Shown: positions 8,263 to 17,752 of the stretch, one piece after another
How the letters are laid out: every line of letters begins with the position of its first letter
Numbering within the stretch: the first letter of the stretch is position 1
Source of the DNA: Anaerolineae bacterium
Lineage (GTDB): Bacteria > Chloroflexota > Anaerolineae > Fen-1058
Length of the DNA: 64,000 nt
Assembly (NCBI GenBank): GCA_035292585.1
Contig: DATDPU010000033.1
Location: forward strand, 9,691-73,690
Reading direction: 5' to 3'
The notes under the pieces: model-generated
The model's input: only the letters and a program-made list of their open reading frames with translations
What the model was told of the DNA's origin: nothing
The model's database searches: none
Program-made: the position numbers and the translations under genes

Positions 8263-10322
8263 CGCCCCGCCTCGCTTACGACGACGCGCGTGCTCCGCGC
8301 CCGAACTGGAACGGTCGCGGCCATGCCGCTCGGCCACATGGCCAGCAGCGTGCCGATCACCAGCAGCACACTGCCGATCCACAGCCAGTTCACCAGCGGG
8401 TTGATGAATATCTTCAGCGTGCCGAAGCCGCCTTCTTCGCCCAAGAATAGGATATACAGATCTTCGGCCAGCGTCGAGCGGAGCGCGGGCGGGAGCAGGC
8501 CGCCGCCTTGCTGGAAGGTCTCGCGGTACGGCGTCATGGCTTCCGGCGGGCCGCCGGCCACCGACACCAGCACGTGACCGACGAAGACCGATTTGTCCGG
8601 CTCGGCTTCCGGAACGTAAAACTCCGAGCCTTGATAAGTGATGGTGTAATCGCCGAGCGTGATCGCTTCGCCGGCGCGCACCGCACGCTGCGTCTCTTGC
8701 TGGAACATCATCGTGCCGACCACGCCGATGCCCATCAGAATCACGCCCAGATGGACGACGTAGCCGCCATAGCGCCGGCGGTTGCGCGCGATCAGCCGGC
8801 TGAGCGCGGTGAAGGCCGACTCGCCGCCCAGCTTCATGCGCGCCCGGACGCCGCGCGTGAACTCTTCCAACGTGATCAGGCCCGCATAGGTAATGACGCC
8901 GAAGCCGAGCAAAGCGCCCAACGCGCGAAAGCCGGCTGCAAACAGCACACCCACCACCACCCCGGCAATCAAGCCCGAGCGCCAGGTCATACGCCCCAAC
9001 GCCTGCGGCGACGACTTGCGCCAGGCCAGCAGCGGCCCGATGCCCATCAGCAGCACGAGCGCCGTCACCTGCGGGCCGATCAACTGATTGAAGGTCGGTG
9101 GCCTGACCATGAGCTCTTCGCCGACGAGCAATTCCGAGAACATCGAATAGTACGTGCCGAGGAAGACGGTGAACGTCACGGTCAGGAACAGGAAGTTGTT
9201 CATCACAAAGGCGGATTCGCGCGACCAGGGCGATTCCAGCCGGTTATCGCTTTTTAGATAATTCCAACGCCAGACCACCAATGCCGCTGAGCCCACGAGG
9301 ATCAGCGCAACGAAGCCGAGGAAGGGTGCGCCTAACGACGAGCGGGCGAAGGAATGAACCGACGAGATCACACCGGTGCGCGTGACGAACGTGCCCAGCA
9401 CCATCAGCGAGAAGGTGAGGATGATCAAGATCATGTTCCAGACTTTGAACATCCCGCGCTTCTCTTGGATCATCACCGAGTGCAGGAAAGCCGTCGCGGT
9501 CAGCCAGGGCAACAGCGCGGAGTTCTCGACCGGGTCCCAACCCCAGTAGCCGCCCCAGCCCAGCACATCGTACGCCCAGCGCCCGCCCAGCAATAGGCCC
9601 AGCGACAGGAATAGCCATGCGACCAGCATCCAGCGGCGCGTGGCTTTGATCCAGGCCGCGTCGGAAGCGGTCGAGCCGCCGAACAACGCCGCCATCCCAA
9701 ACGCATACGGGATCGCCAGCCCGACGAAGCCCAGGTACAGCATCGGCGGGTGGATGATCATGCCGGGGTGGCGCAGCAGCGGGTTGAGGCCCTGCCCATC
9801 GGCCGGCGTGAACGCTTGCGCGCCGGCCGGCTGGAAGACGGCCGCGCCGATCTGCCCATCCAGCCCCAGCCACAGCCGCGCGAAAGGATTGGCGAAGAAC
9901 AAGGTCAGGAACACGAAGAACAACTGCGTACCGAGCGCGACGACGATCACCCACGGCTGCAACTCGCGGTTGCCGCGCCACTCTTTGACGAACAGGAAGA
10001 AGATGTAAATCGAGAGCAGCCAGCCGAAGAATAAAATCGATCCATTTTGCCCACCCCATAACGAGGTGAACTTGAGGATATCCGGCGTGGCCCGGCTGCT
10101 GACGCGATAAGTATATTCCAGGTTGAAGTTGTTGCCGAGATTGGAGCCGATGACGGCCAGGCAGGCGATCGTCAGCAGCGGCGCGACGACGAGTGCAGCG
10201 CGTCTGGCGCTGCTCACCCATTCGGGTCGCTTGTGCCGTGCGCCCTGGAGCGCCGCGCCTACCGCGTAGGCGGCCGCTGTGAAAGCGAGGACAAGCGTGA
10301 TCAGGCCAATGTCAACGATCAC
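8259..10322 (-). CDS. ccmF: cytochrome c-type biogenesis protein CcmF (heme lyase subunit)
   Basis: 687 aa, about 15 TM helices and the WWD motif WGGYWGWDPVENSALLPWL with conserved His residues. Confidence 0.9.
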   Translation of the reverse strand: MIVDIGLITLVLAFTAAAYAVGAALQGARHKRPEWVSSARRAALVVAPLLTIACLAVIGSNLGNNFNLEYTYRVSSRATPDILKFTSLWGGQNGSILFFGWLLSIYIFFLFVKEWRGNRELQPWVIVVALGTQLFFVFLTLFFANPFARLWLGLDGQIGAAVFQPAGAQAFTPADGQGLNPLLRHPGMIIHPPMLYLGFVGLAIPYAFGMAALFGGSTASDAAWIKATRRWMLVAWLFLSLGLLLGGRWAYDVLGWGGYWGWDPVENSALLPWLTATAFLHSVMIQEKRGMFKVWNMILIILTFSLMVLGTFVTRTGVISSVHSFARSSLGAPFLGFVALILVGSAALVVWRWNYLKSDNRLESPWSRESAFVMNNFLFLTVTFTVFLGTYYSMFSELLVGEELMVRPPTFNQLIGPQVTALVLLMGIGPLLAWRKSSPQALGRMTWRSGLIAGVVVGVLFAAGFRALGALLGFGVITYAGLITLEEFTRGVRARMKLGGESAFTALSRLIARNRRRYGGYVVHLGVILMGIGVVGTMMFQQETQRAVRAGEAITLGDYTITYQGSEFYVPEAEPDKSVFVGHVLVSVAGGPPEAMTPYRETFQQGGGLLPPALRSTLAEDLYILFLGEEGGFGTLKIFINPLVNWLWIGSVLLVIGTLLAMWPSGMAATVPVRARSTRVVVSEAGR

Positions 10323-10344
10323 GAGACACTCCTCCCAAGAAGTC

Positions 10345-10435
10345 AGGACTTACGCAGTTGGCGCGGCAGTTGCACTGCCGCCGCCTCATCTGCCGCAGTA
10401 CAACTGCGGCAGCAACATGCAGCTGCGTAAGTCCT
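10345..10435. repeat. 91-bp MITE-like element with 16-bp terminal inverted repeats AGGACTTACGCAGTTG (copy A)
   Basis: Seen in the sequence. It is near-identical to 19335-19425 and is the inverted counterpart of 17266-17352. It lies in the ccmF-ccmE intergenic region. Confidence 0.8.
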
Positions 10436-10507
10436 GGAAGTGATACGTGCTGCATGGCTTCACGCGCCTGCGCTCACCCCGCGCGGGCGCCTGCGTCACG
10501 TATCACG

Positions 10508-10930
10508 CTAATTTCCTAGCGACTGTTCGGGGAACTCTTCTTCGTAGCGGGTCGGGCACTTGAGCAGCAGCGAGTCGGCGTAAAATGTGCCGTCGGCGTT
10601 GAGACGGCCTTCCATGATTGCCTGAGCTTGATCTTGAAGCAGCTCGGGGCGCGGGCCTTCGTACTTGATGCGCAGCGGCTCCTGCGCGCCGATCTGGTCG
10701 ATGGTATCGACGACCGCAAATTCTAGTTGCAGGGCCTGCGCATCGTATTGAATCGTTTCGCCGATAATGGCGCCAGAGATGCGCACGCTCTGGTTTTGGA
10801 ACTCAGCTTCTTTCTGACGCAGCTGCTCGATCGATAAAAAGTACTGGGCGCCGCTGGCCAGCCCCTGCCCAATGATCACGGCCACAGCCATCAACAGCAA
10901 TGCTCCACCCAGCAAGACTTTCGGTTTCAT
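10508..10930 (-). CDS. ccmE: cytochrome c-type biogenesis protein CcmE, Cys-variant (CxxxY) heme chaperone
   Basis: N-terminal TM anchor, OB-fold CcmE pattern and C-terminal LLLKCPTRYEEEFPEQ, where Cys replaces the canonical heme-binding His of HxxxY. The start is chosen at MKPKVLL (10930). Confidence 0.8.
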   Translation of the reverse strand: MKPKVLLGGALLLMAVAVIIGQGLASGAQYFLSIEQLRQKEAEFQNQSVRISGAIIGETIQYDAQALQLEFAVVDTIDQIGAQEPLRIKYEGPRPELLQDQAQAIMEGRLNADGTFYADSLLLKCPTRYEEEFPEQSLGN

Positions 10931-11181
10931 AGCCCTCCTCATTTGCCCCGGCGCAGTTGTGGCAGACCTCAGGCCACAGGACATTTATACCTCGCGTACC
11001 TGGAAAGTGTCAATATAGGGTATCACCTATTTTAGCTGACTTTTGTCCGGTAGCTAACGGGAATCCAGGCGGGATCGATGCCGGAAAGCGGCTGAACCCG
11101 GCCAATACCGCCCGTTCGGCGCGCCTGCCGTGGTTAAAACAATGCCGTGGTGGCAGGCCGCCTGATTCTGGGAATTAGGTT

Positions 11182-11538
11182 CTATTCGTACTTCAGCGCT
11201 TGCATCGGGTTCAACGTCGCCGCGCGCAGCGCCGGACAGCCCCGACAGGACGCCGATGAACGCGGCGCCTGACCGGCCAGGAAGGCCAGCGCGATGACGT
11301 TGATGAGCTGGCCGGCCACCCAGTCCAACACCACGCCGCCGATCCCGCCGACCGACCCGATGCCGGCCGCCTCGCCCAGGAACACCGACAACACGTCACG
11401 GTTGGTCGCGCCGAGCGCCTTCGTCACCCCGATCTCGCGCGTGCGCTCCAGCACCGCTATCGCCATCGTGTTGGCGATGCCGATCGCCGCGACGAGCAGC
11501 GCGATCGCGCCCATCCCGCCGAAGATGACCTGCAACAC
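11182..11538 (-). pseudogene. C-terminal fragment of an FtsX-family (MacB/LolE-like) ABC permease
   Basis: Only the last about 115 aa of an FtsX domain are present (IANTMAIAVLERTREIGVTKALGA...). There is no upstream N-terminal or TM1 region, and the fragment begins exactly at the 33-bp palindromic element. Confidence 0.5.
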
Positions 11539-11540
11539 TC

Positions 11541-11573
11541 AGAAACCTGGTTTCTTAAAGAAACCAGGTTTCT
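11541..11573. repeat. 33-bp double-palindrome element AGAAACCTGGTTTCT-TAA-AGAAACCAGGTTTCT (copy 2)
   Basis: Seen in the sequence. It is translated in several spurious ORFs as KPGFFKKPGF. Confidence 0.8.
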
Positions 11574-11993
11574 CCGTGTTACCTTTCGGCCCGAACGGCT
11601 CGCCGGGATCGGGGCTGAGCACGGGCGTCGGGCGCACGCTATCGAGTCCGATCAGTCCGAGGAAGGCGCGCGCCAGCATATCGAAAAACGATTCCTCCGT
11701 CTGCGGCGGGCTGCCCTCACCGCCGGGTTGGTTCGGATCGATCGGCGGCTCGGGCTGCGGCAGCACTTCGATCTCGAGCGTGTCGCTGATCAGCTTCGAC
11801 TCGTTGAAGTCGTCCACGTAGTTGACGAGAATCGTCAACGTGAGCGGGCCGGGTTCGAGCGGCGGGGCTGGACTCAATGTGGTTTCAACAAGCGGTATCG
11901 GATGTCACTCAGGCTCAAACGAAAACGATCATAAGCGGAGAGAGGTTCCCCGTCAACTTGTGACGGACGGGTGGGGTTGCCCGGATGCATCCA

Positions 11994-12024
11994 GAAACCA
12001 GGTTTCTTGACGAAATGGTTTCTC
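11994..12024. repeat. degenerate copy of the 33-bp double-palindrome element (copy 3)
   Basis: AGAAACCAGGTTTCT-TGA-CGAAATGGTTTCT, lying just 3' of the L,D-transpeptidase gene. Confidence 0.6.
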
Positions 12025-12027
12025 AAG

Positions 12028-13065
12028 CTAGGTGACGACGATAGGCGTGCCGCCCTCATCGACCAGCACGACCGGCTCGGCATAATCGGTTGCCGGGTGC
12101 GACCAGCGAAAGAACCACAGCGCATCCGCCGGGGTCACGTTGACGCAACCGTGCGAGCGGGGGTGGCCGAAGTCGTTGTGCCAGTACGCGCCGTGAATCG
12201 CCGCGCCGGCCGTTGTGAAGTAGGTGCAAAAGGGCACGCCGGGCAGGTCGTAAAAATCCGAGCGTCCTTCGCCGCCCCGCATGTGGCGCGAGGGTCGCTT
12301 GCGCACCACGCGATGCCGGCCCGCGGGTGTGGTGTAGTTGAGCGTCCCCAGACCTTCGATGGTAAAGTAGGTGCCGGTGGCGCAGATCGTCGAATGCACC
12401 GCGACGCCAGCCTCGTAAGCCGTCACCCGCTGCTGCTGGATGTCTACTTCGACCATTTTGTCTTCCACGTCGGGCGAAAGCGGCGACATCTCGCTCGGCG
12501 GGATCGGGCGAACGTGATCGGCGCGCGCGTAGTGAATCAGCCCCGAAATGAAGTCATCCCTGATCCGATACCACCACACGCCCCGTGGGTCGCGCTGGGC
12601 GTCGATGATGAGGTGAACCGAAGCGTAATACAGGCGATAGGTGCGCCGCGCATCGGAATTGGGACGGGCACGCGCCTCGGTGAAGGGCACGCTGATCTGT
12701 CCCCAGAAGCCCTGCGGCGGCACAGCGCGCACGACCCAGCGCTGCCGTTCGTCGCGCACGGGTTGAACGTACGACGAGTACACCCAGCCGGTGCGGATGC
12801 GAAACCAGCGCGAGTTGTGCTTCGCCAGCCCGACCGTATCGGCTTCCTCGAAGATCGGCACGATCATATCGCGCTGCAAAGCGCCGCTGACCTCGCTCTC
12901 CGGATCGGGCGCGGCATAAATCCTCACCCGGGGCTGCGTGACGCGACCCAGTGTATCGGGCAGCGGCAGCCAGTCGCCCTGAGCGGCGATGGGCGATCCC
13001 AGCCAGGGCGCGATCAGACCGGTCCCGGCCAGCTGGAGGAAGGTGCGTCGGTCGAGCGACTGCAT
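12028..13065 (-). CDS. L,D-transpeptidase (YkuD family) with Tat signal
   Basis: RRTFLQLAG twin-arginine motif and the C-terminal catalytic HGCVNV (His/Cys) motif of the YkuD domain. Confidence 0.8.
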   Translation of the reverse strand: MQSLDRRTFLQLAGTGLIAPWLGSPIAAQGDWLPLPDTLGRVTQPRVRIYAAPDPESEVSGALQRDMIVPIFEEADTVGLAKHNSRWFRIRTGWVYSSYVQPVRDERQRWVVRAVPPQGFWGQISVPFTEARARPNSDARRTYRLYYASVHLIIDAQRDPRGVWWYRIRDDFISGLIHYARADHVRPIPPSEMSPLSPDVEDKMVEVDIQQQRVTAYEAGVAVHSTICATGTYFTIEGLGTLNYTTPAGRHRVVRKRPSRHMRGGEGRSDFYDLPGVPFCTYFTTAGAAIHGAYWHNDFGHPRSHGCVNVTPADALWFFRWSHPATDYAEPVVLVDEGGTPIVVT

Positions 13066-13084
13066 CGGAGTGAGTCCTGGTAAT

Positions 13085-13215
13085 TTTTAGAAGTTCAGGC
13101 AGCGGTTGTACGGCTGTCCATGCGCCGCCGCTGCACTGCGGCGCGAACCGACTGAAGTTCAGGCAGCAGTTGCACTGCTGCCCGGCTCCGCAGTGCAACT
13201 ACAGCGCGAACTTAC
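13085..13215. repeat. GC-rich hairpin repeat with direct duplication (GAAGTTCAGGCAGC...) and GCAGTTGCACTGC core
   Basis: Two about 45-bp direct repeats, each containing the GCAG(T/C)TG(C/T)ACTGC hairpin core shared with elements at 10345, 17266, 27718, 42496, 46335 and 49990. Confidence 0.6.
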
Positions 13216-13388
13216 TGGGGTGGTCCTTGACTGCGGTGTTGGGTCGAGTATAGCGAATTCGGCTGGTGATGCAAGTGGCGAGAAGCTAAGCGCTTTCCGC
13301 CGAATACGCAACATCGATCGGATGATGTTGGAGACGGCAAAGCGTGACTCCGATCCTATTGCGGCACTGAGGCTACGCCGTTGTCGCC

Positions 13389-13403
13389 AGACCTCCGAGG
13401 TCT
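13389..13403 (-). terminator. candidate stem-loop terminator AGACCTCCGAGGTCT downstream of the GNAT gene
   Basis: Near-perfect palindrome immediately 3' of the stop codon at 13403-13405. There is no U-tract, which is common in high-GC genomes. Confidence 0.3.
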
Positions 13404-13945
13404 CAAGCGCGATCTGGCGCAGCGTCTAGATTGATTTTGATCTCCCACACCCCAGCTTCCAGCTTTTTCTGGGCGGTCAGGCCGCTGCGCTGGATGAAGC
13501 GCATGATCTCGGCGTTGCTATAATGAACGGTGGCGAGGAAGGCGTGCACACCTTGCCCTCTGGCATACCCGACGAGCCGATCCACTAAGATTGTCCCCAG
13601 GCCGCGCTCCTGATAGTCGTCTTGGACGACAATCGCTGCCTCGGCCGTATCGAGCTGCGCCGAGTCAATTGCGGCGTAGCGCGCCACGCCGATGAGCTGC
13701 TCTGGCTCTTCGGCCAGCGCTGCGACGATCGCCATGCGCGTCCGATAGTCCACGTTCGCCAGCTGCTGCGCGTCGCGATCGGGCAGCGCCGTACGCTGGT
13801 CGAGAAAACGCAGGAAGATGCTCTCGGTGGACAGCCGCGCATGCAGCGCTTGCAGCCGAGGCGCATCATCAGGCTGGATCGCGCGGAGGCGCACCGCTGT
13901 GCCATCACGCAGCGTCACCGTTTCGGGCGGATAGGCGTTGGACAT
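13403..13945 (-). CDS. GNAT family N-acetyltransferase
   Basis: 180 aa with an acetyl-CoA binding motif region (QERGLGTILV...) typical of GNAT. Confidence 0.75.
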   Translation of the reverse strand: MSNAYPPETVTLRDGTAVRLRAIQPDDAPRLQALHARLSTESIFLRFLDQRTALPDRDAQQLANVDYRTRMAIVAALAEEPEQLIGVARYAAIDSAQLDTAEAAIVVQDDYQERGLGTILVDRLVGYARGQGVHAFLATVHYSNAEIMRFIQRSGLTAQKKLEAGVWEIKINLDAAPDRA

Positions 13946-14210
13946 GGTCTGCTCCTCACCTGCAGATAGGCAGATTATACGCCGGTACGCGGTAAACGCG
14001 CGTAGGAAACAGCGTGTGCACGGAAAACCTGTCAGACGGCAAGACCTGCGAGGTTTTGTTTAGAGCGCGTTACGGCGAAAGTGCCCGCATAAACCTCGCA
14101 GGTCTAATGAGCTGACAACGTTTGCGTGCGCAGGAAATAGCTGCGCGCTTGCCCGTCGATATGTTGTGCGCTACAATCGGCTCGCGCCACTGACGGCACA
14201 AGGAGCCAGC

Positions 14211-14768
14211 ATGAGCAATCGTCTAGCGAGAATGGTATTGAGCCTGGTCGTGGGATCGATCGGAGTAGCGATCGGCCTGTACTTTGGCCGCTTCATCGCT
14301 GGCGGCGTTGGCTTGCTGTTTGCCTCGTCACGGCAGGCGATCCCTATCGCCACCAGCACGGCGTGGTGGGCTTTCATCGGCCTGATCGGCGGGCTGGCGC
14401 TGGCTTTTAGCGCCGTGCGCAAGCATCGTGTTTTATTAGTGCTGGCCTCGATTGTGGGTTTTGCGTTGGGCGGCGCGATCGCGGCTTTGCCGGAGGCGAG
14501 CCGCATCGATCGCAGCGCGCTGTTGGCAACGCTGGCCGTGTGGCTCGGTGGTGCGCTGGCGGGATTATTGTTGGGTCTAGGGGCGCGGCTTGGTGTTCGC
14601 GCACTCGTGCTGGCCGCTGCCGGGGCGCTGGCGATGTTTTTGGCGCGATCACATCTGGAGGCGTTGATCCCGCCATCCGACGTGTTCGCGTTGCTCGCGC
14701 CGGGCGCGCTGCTCGGCGTAGTGCTGGCTGCGCTTGCGCCCGAGAGGGCAGCGGCGCCGCCCGCGTAA
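14211..14768 (+). CDS. hypothetical integral membrane protein
   Basis: Five to six hydrophobic Gly/Ala-rich helices with no recognisable motif. The start is chosen at MSNRLARM. Confidence 0.45.
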   Translation: MSNRLARMVLSLVVGSIGVAIGLYFGRFIAGGVGLLFASSRQAIPIATSTAWWAFIGLIGGLALAFSAVRKHRVLLVLASIVGFALGGAIAALPEASRIDRSALLATLAVWLGGALAGLLLGLGARLGVRALVLAAAGALAMFLARSHLEALIPPSDVFALLAPGALLGVVLAALAPERAAAPPA

Positions 14769-15345
14769 CCACGCGCAGGCTGCGAGCGCGCAAGCGCTGG
14801 GGTTACCGGGTATCACCCGTGGTTGGGTACAACGGGGGATACTGCTCTAAGAGCGTCTTGAACAGGAAGTGAGGCGTGCTGCTCATCCGCGCTTGCTGTG
14901 CTCGGCGCAGATGTTCCTCTGCTCTGGCGAGCGCCTCTTCAGCCGACGTGAGTATCGTATCGAGCCGTGTGCCTACGGTCGTGGGTGATTGATCCGGCGT
15001 GGCTGGCAGGAAGATCATTTCAGACATCGTGCGCCCCTTTAAGCTCGATGACCTATGCACTATAACCCCGGTTCCTGCACGTGATTCAGGCTGGCTGTCT
15101 AAGCACGGTATGAGTTTCGTGCCGCTATGGTATGGATTGAAATCGGTTGAGAGGCTTTCATCTTTTGCACACTGGCTACGGACGCGGTGTGCGCTTATCG
15201 ATCGGGCAGCGCCTCAAGGGCTAAGTTCGCCGGTTAAGAATCGTAGGAAAGGCTCTATACCCGATCGAACCGAAATGACGCTGATCCCAACGCCGATTCG
15301 CGCGCGGCAGTTTGGGGAAAGTTATCGATTAGAATTTCCGAGAGG

Positions 15346-16263
15346 ATGGTTCGGATGGAATCGATCGTGCTTAGACAGGCTCACAGTTCAAGACGACTGC
15401 TCGTCGTGTTTCCGCATCCAGACGATGAAACGTTCGGTCCGGGCGGGACGATCGCGCGCTATGCGCGGGAGGGCGTCGCCGTGCATTATGCCTGCGCCAC
15501 GCGCGGCGAAGTCGGCAGCGTCACGCCAAAACTGCTCGAGCCGTTTGAGCACTTGCCGGAAGATCAGCGCCTGGGTGCGCTACGCGAAGGTGAGCTGCGG
15601 TGCGCCGCCGAGAAGCTCGGGCTGACCGGGCTGCATCTGCTCGGTTATCGCGATTCGGGGATGCCGGGCGCCCCGGAGAACCGCGACCCGCGCGCCTTCG
15701 TCAACGCCGATCCGGATGGGGTGACGGGCCAGGTGGTGCAGTTGATCCGATCGATCCAACCCCAGGTGATCATCACCTTCGATCCCTTCGGCGGCTACGG
15801 CCATCCCGATCACATCTTCGCGCATCGATGCGCGATGGAAGCATTCCGCGCCGCCGGCGATCCGACGCGCTATCCCGAAGCCAACATGCCTTACCAGCCG
15901 CAGAAGCTGTACTGGACGGCGTTCCCGCAACGCTGGCTGCGCTGGTCCGTGCGGCTGATGCCCATGCTGGGACGCGATCCCTCGAAGTTCGGCCAGAACA
16001 AAGATATCGACTTGCGGCGGATTGTCGAGCAGGCGTCGCCGCATCCGATCACCACACGCATCGACGTCTGGCCGTATTACGCGATCAAATCTGAAGCGTC
16101 GGCGTGCCATGCCAGCCAGGCCGGCCCGGTCAGCTCGTTGGGCAGCCTGCCGCGTTGGCTGCAACGCCGGGTCTTCGGCTACGAACAGTTCACCCGCGTG
16201 GAACCGGCGGTAAACGGGAATCGGCTGAAGGAACGAGACCTGTTCGAGGGCGTCAACGAATAG
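15346..16263 (+). CDS. PIG-L/LmbE family deacetylase (MshB/BshB-like)
   Basis: VVFPHPDDETFGPGGTI motif and the conserved His/Asp pattern (HPDH) of the LmbE-like zinc deacetylases. Confidence 0.8.
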   Translation: MVRMESIVLRQAHSSRRLLVVFPHPDDETFGPGGTIARYAREGVAVHYACATRGEVGSVTPKLLEPFEHLPEDQRLGALREGELRCAAEKLGLTGLHLLGYRDSGMPGAPENRDPRAFVNADPDGVTGQVVQLIRSIQPQVIITFDPFGGYGHPDHIFAHRCAMEAFRAAGDPTRYPEANMPYQPQKLYWTAFPQRWLRWSVRLMPMLGRDPSKFGQNKDIDLRRIVEQASPHPITTRIDVWPYYAIKSEASACHASQAGPVSSLGSLPRWLQRRVFGYEQFTRVEPAVNGNRLKERDLFEGVNE

Positions 16264-16285
16264 GCAAGCCTCGCGCGAAGCGCGA

Positions 16286-16312
16286 CCCCCGCCCGAAGGA
16301 GGGGCGGGGCAG
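16286..16312 (+). terminator. candidate GC-rich stem-loop after the deacetylase gene (CCCCGCCC-gaaggag-GGGCGGGG)
   Basis: 8-bp perfect stem seen 25 nt after the stop. No U-tract. Confidence 0.3.
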
Positions 16313-16463
16313 GTGGTAGGCGAATAAACGAATGCAAGAGTCGCATCGCGGCGACGATGACAAACGCATGTAGGAGTTGCCTCCCGGCGACGACGAACAA
16401 ACGGATGCAGAGGTCGCCGGGAGGCAACGCTGGATAGCTCATCGCACGACAGGAGGTCTTAAC

Positions 16464-17240
16464 ATGAAACGCGCGCGTCTTTGGGTAGGGGCAGTGCTGC
16501 TGATCGGTTTGATGTTCGGCGCCTGGCCGGCGGCGGCGGCGGACAGTGTGTCGGTTGGCATCTACAGCATCGCCGCATGCAAAGATGTGTCAACGGTGAC
16601 GGTCAACGGATCGTCCACCTATTCAAACAATCGACTCGACGTGAGCCTCTATCATAAGAATGACAAAGGCCAGGATGTGCTGCTCAAGCAGGTCTTTTCA
16701 TCTGCGTTCGGAGCGGGCCAGTTCATGTTGGCGGTGACCGTGCCTTACACCAACACAGCCGCGGCCGAAGGTGAAGCGCTACGTGTGGAGGTGCAGGCGC
16801 AGCGCTTGAGCGGCAACACCTATGTGGACGTGGGCAATCAGGTGGTGCAGAACGTGACCGTGGCGGATAGGAACTGCTTCACCAAGTGCAGTGTCACGGT
16901 CGACGCCACCGATACAGCGCCGGCTGCCGGCACGCTCACGCTGCGCACCCACTTCGGTGAGTGGTTCCGGCCGGAAGGTCGTTTGCAGGGCGCCATGCCC
17001 GTCAGCGCCGGGAAGAAGGCGCGCGTAGTGTTCGTCGGCGTTCCGTGTAATTGGCCGGTGCGCGTCTGGTACTATCCCAAAACTGGCGATAAGACCCCGA
17101 AGCTGCTGCCGGCGCAATATTGGCCGAACGAATACCAGGCGAACCAGCTGAACGGGACCAATCCTTACACGACTTCATTCGCTAAGGGCCTGAAGCCGAC
17201 TCATCCACTCGAAAGCGACGATCCATTCGTCGTGAAGTGA
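16464..17240 (+). CDS. secreted hypothetical protein (signal peptide, beta-rich)
   Basis: ATG at 16464 preceded by AGGAGG, an N-terminal signal peptide ending in AAADS, and no recognisable catalytic motif. Confidence 0.6.
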   Translation: MKRARLWVGAVLLIGLMFGAWPAAAADSVSVGIYSIAACKDVSTVTVNGSSTYSNNRLDVSLYHKNDKGQDVLLKQVFSSAFGAGQFMLAVTVPYTNTAAAEGEALRVEVQAQRLSGNTYVDVGNQVVQNVTVADRNCFTKCSVTVDATDTAPAAGTLTLRTHFGEWFRPEGRLQGAMPVSAGKKARVVFVGVPCNWPVRVWYYPKTGDKTPKLLPAQYWPNEYQANQLNGTNPYTTSFAKGLKPTHPLESDDPFVVK

Positions 17241-17265
17241 ATGGATAGCTGCTTCTCTATAGACC

Positions 17266-17352
17266 AGGACTTACGCAGTTGCATGTTGCTGCCGCAGTTG
17301 TACGGCAGATGGGGCGGCGGCAGTGCAACTGCCGCACCAACTGCGTAAGTCC
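17266..17352. repeat. 91-bp MITE-like element (copy C, inverted orientation relative to copies A and B)
   Basis: Same AGGACTTACGCAGTTG termini. The internal sequence is the reverse complement of copy A with a few mismatches. Confidence 0.8.
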
Positions 17353-17412
17353 TATAAACACAAAACTCCCGCCCTTGTGTGGAGGACGGGAGTTTGCTTT
17401 TATAGGTGCTCG

Positions 17413-17637
17413 ACTAGTACCCCGACCGCCTCATTCTGCGGGGTTCGGACGGCACAACCCTCTTCGCTGCGCTCGTGGGCAGGCCGCCGCCCTCTTTAGA
17501 AGGCAATGAAAGGCGGCGGCTGGCACTGCCGTCCGCCGCAGTGCTGGCCGCCGCCCTCTTATAAGAAGGCAGTGAAAGGCGGCGGTCATGCGGCAGGAAC
17601 TATGCAACTTCAAGTTGTCGAAGTACTAGCCTGAAAA
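17413..17637. repeat. GC-rich hairpin element family E, long copy with duplicated internal hairpin
   Basis: Shares the ACTAGTACCCCGACCGCCTCATTCTGCGGGGT...GGCGGCGGTCATGCGGCAGGAACTATGCAACTTCAAGTTGTCGAAGTACTA ends with 42496-42648. It contains two GGCCGCCGCCCTC...GAAAGGCGGCGGC hairpins. Confidence 0.75.
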
Positions 17638-17752
17638 ACACGGCTCTTGACACAGAATGACCTTGATCTTGACAGGCGTATTGTGAGTAGATTGTGAGCA
17701 GTTGAGCCGAGTTTCTCTAATTTGACATCGCTTCAGAAAGGGGGCAATCAAC

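Noticed and set aside
14803-15060. 85-aa minus-strand ORF downstream of the membrane protein gene
   Set aside because: Short, with no motif and no obvious ribosome-binding site. It is kept out of the feature list as unsupported, although a small protein cannot be excluded.
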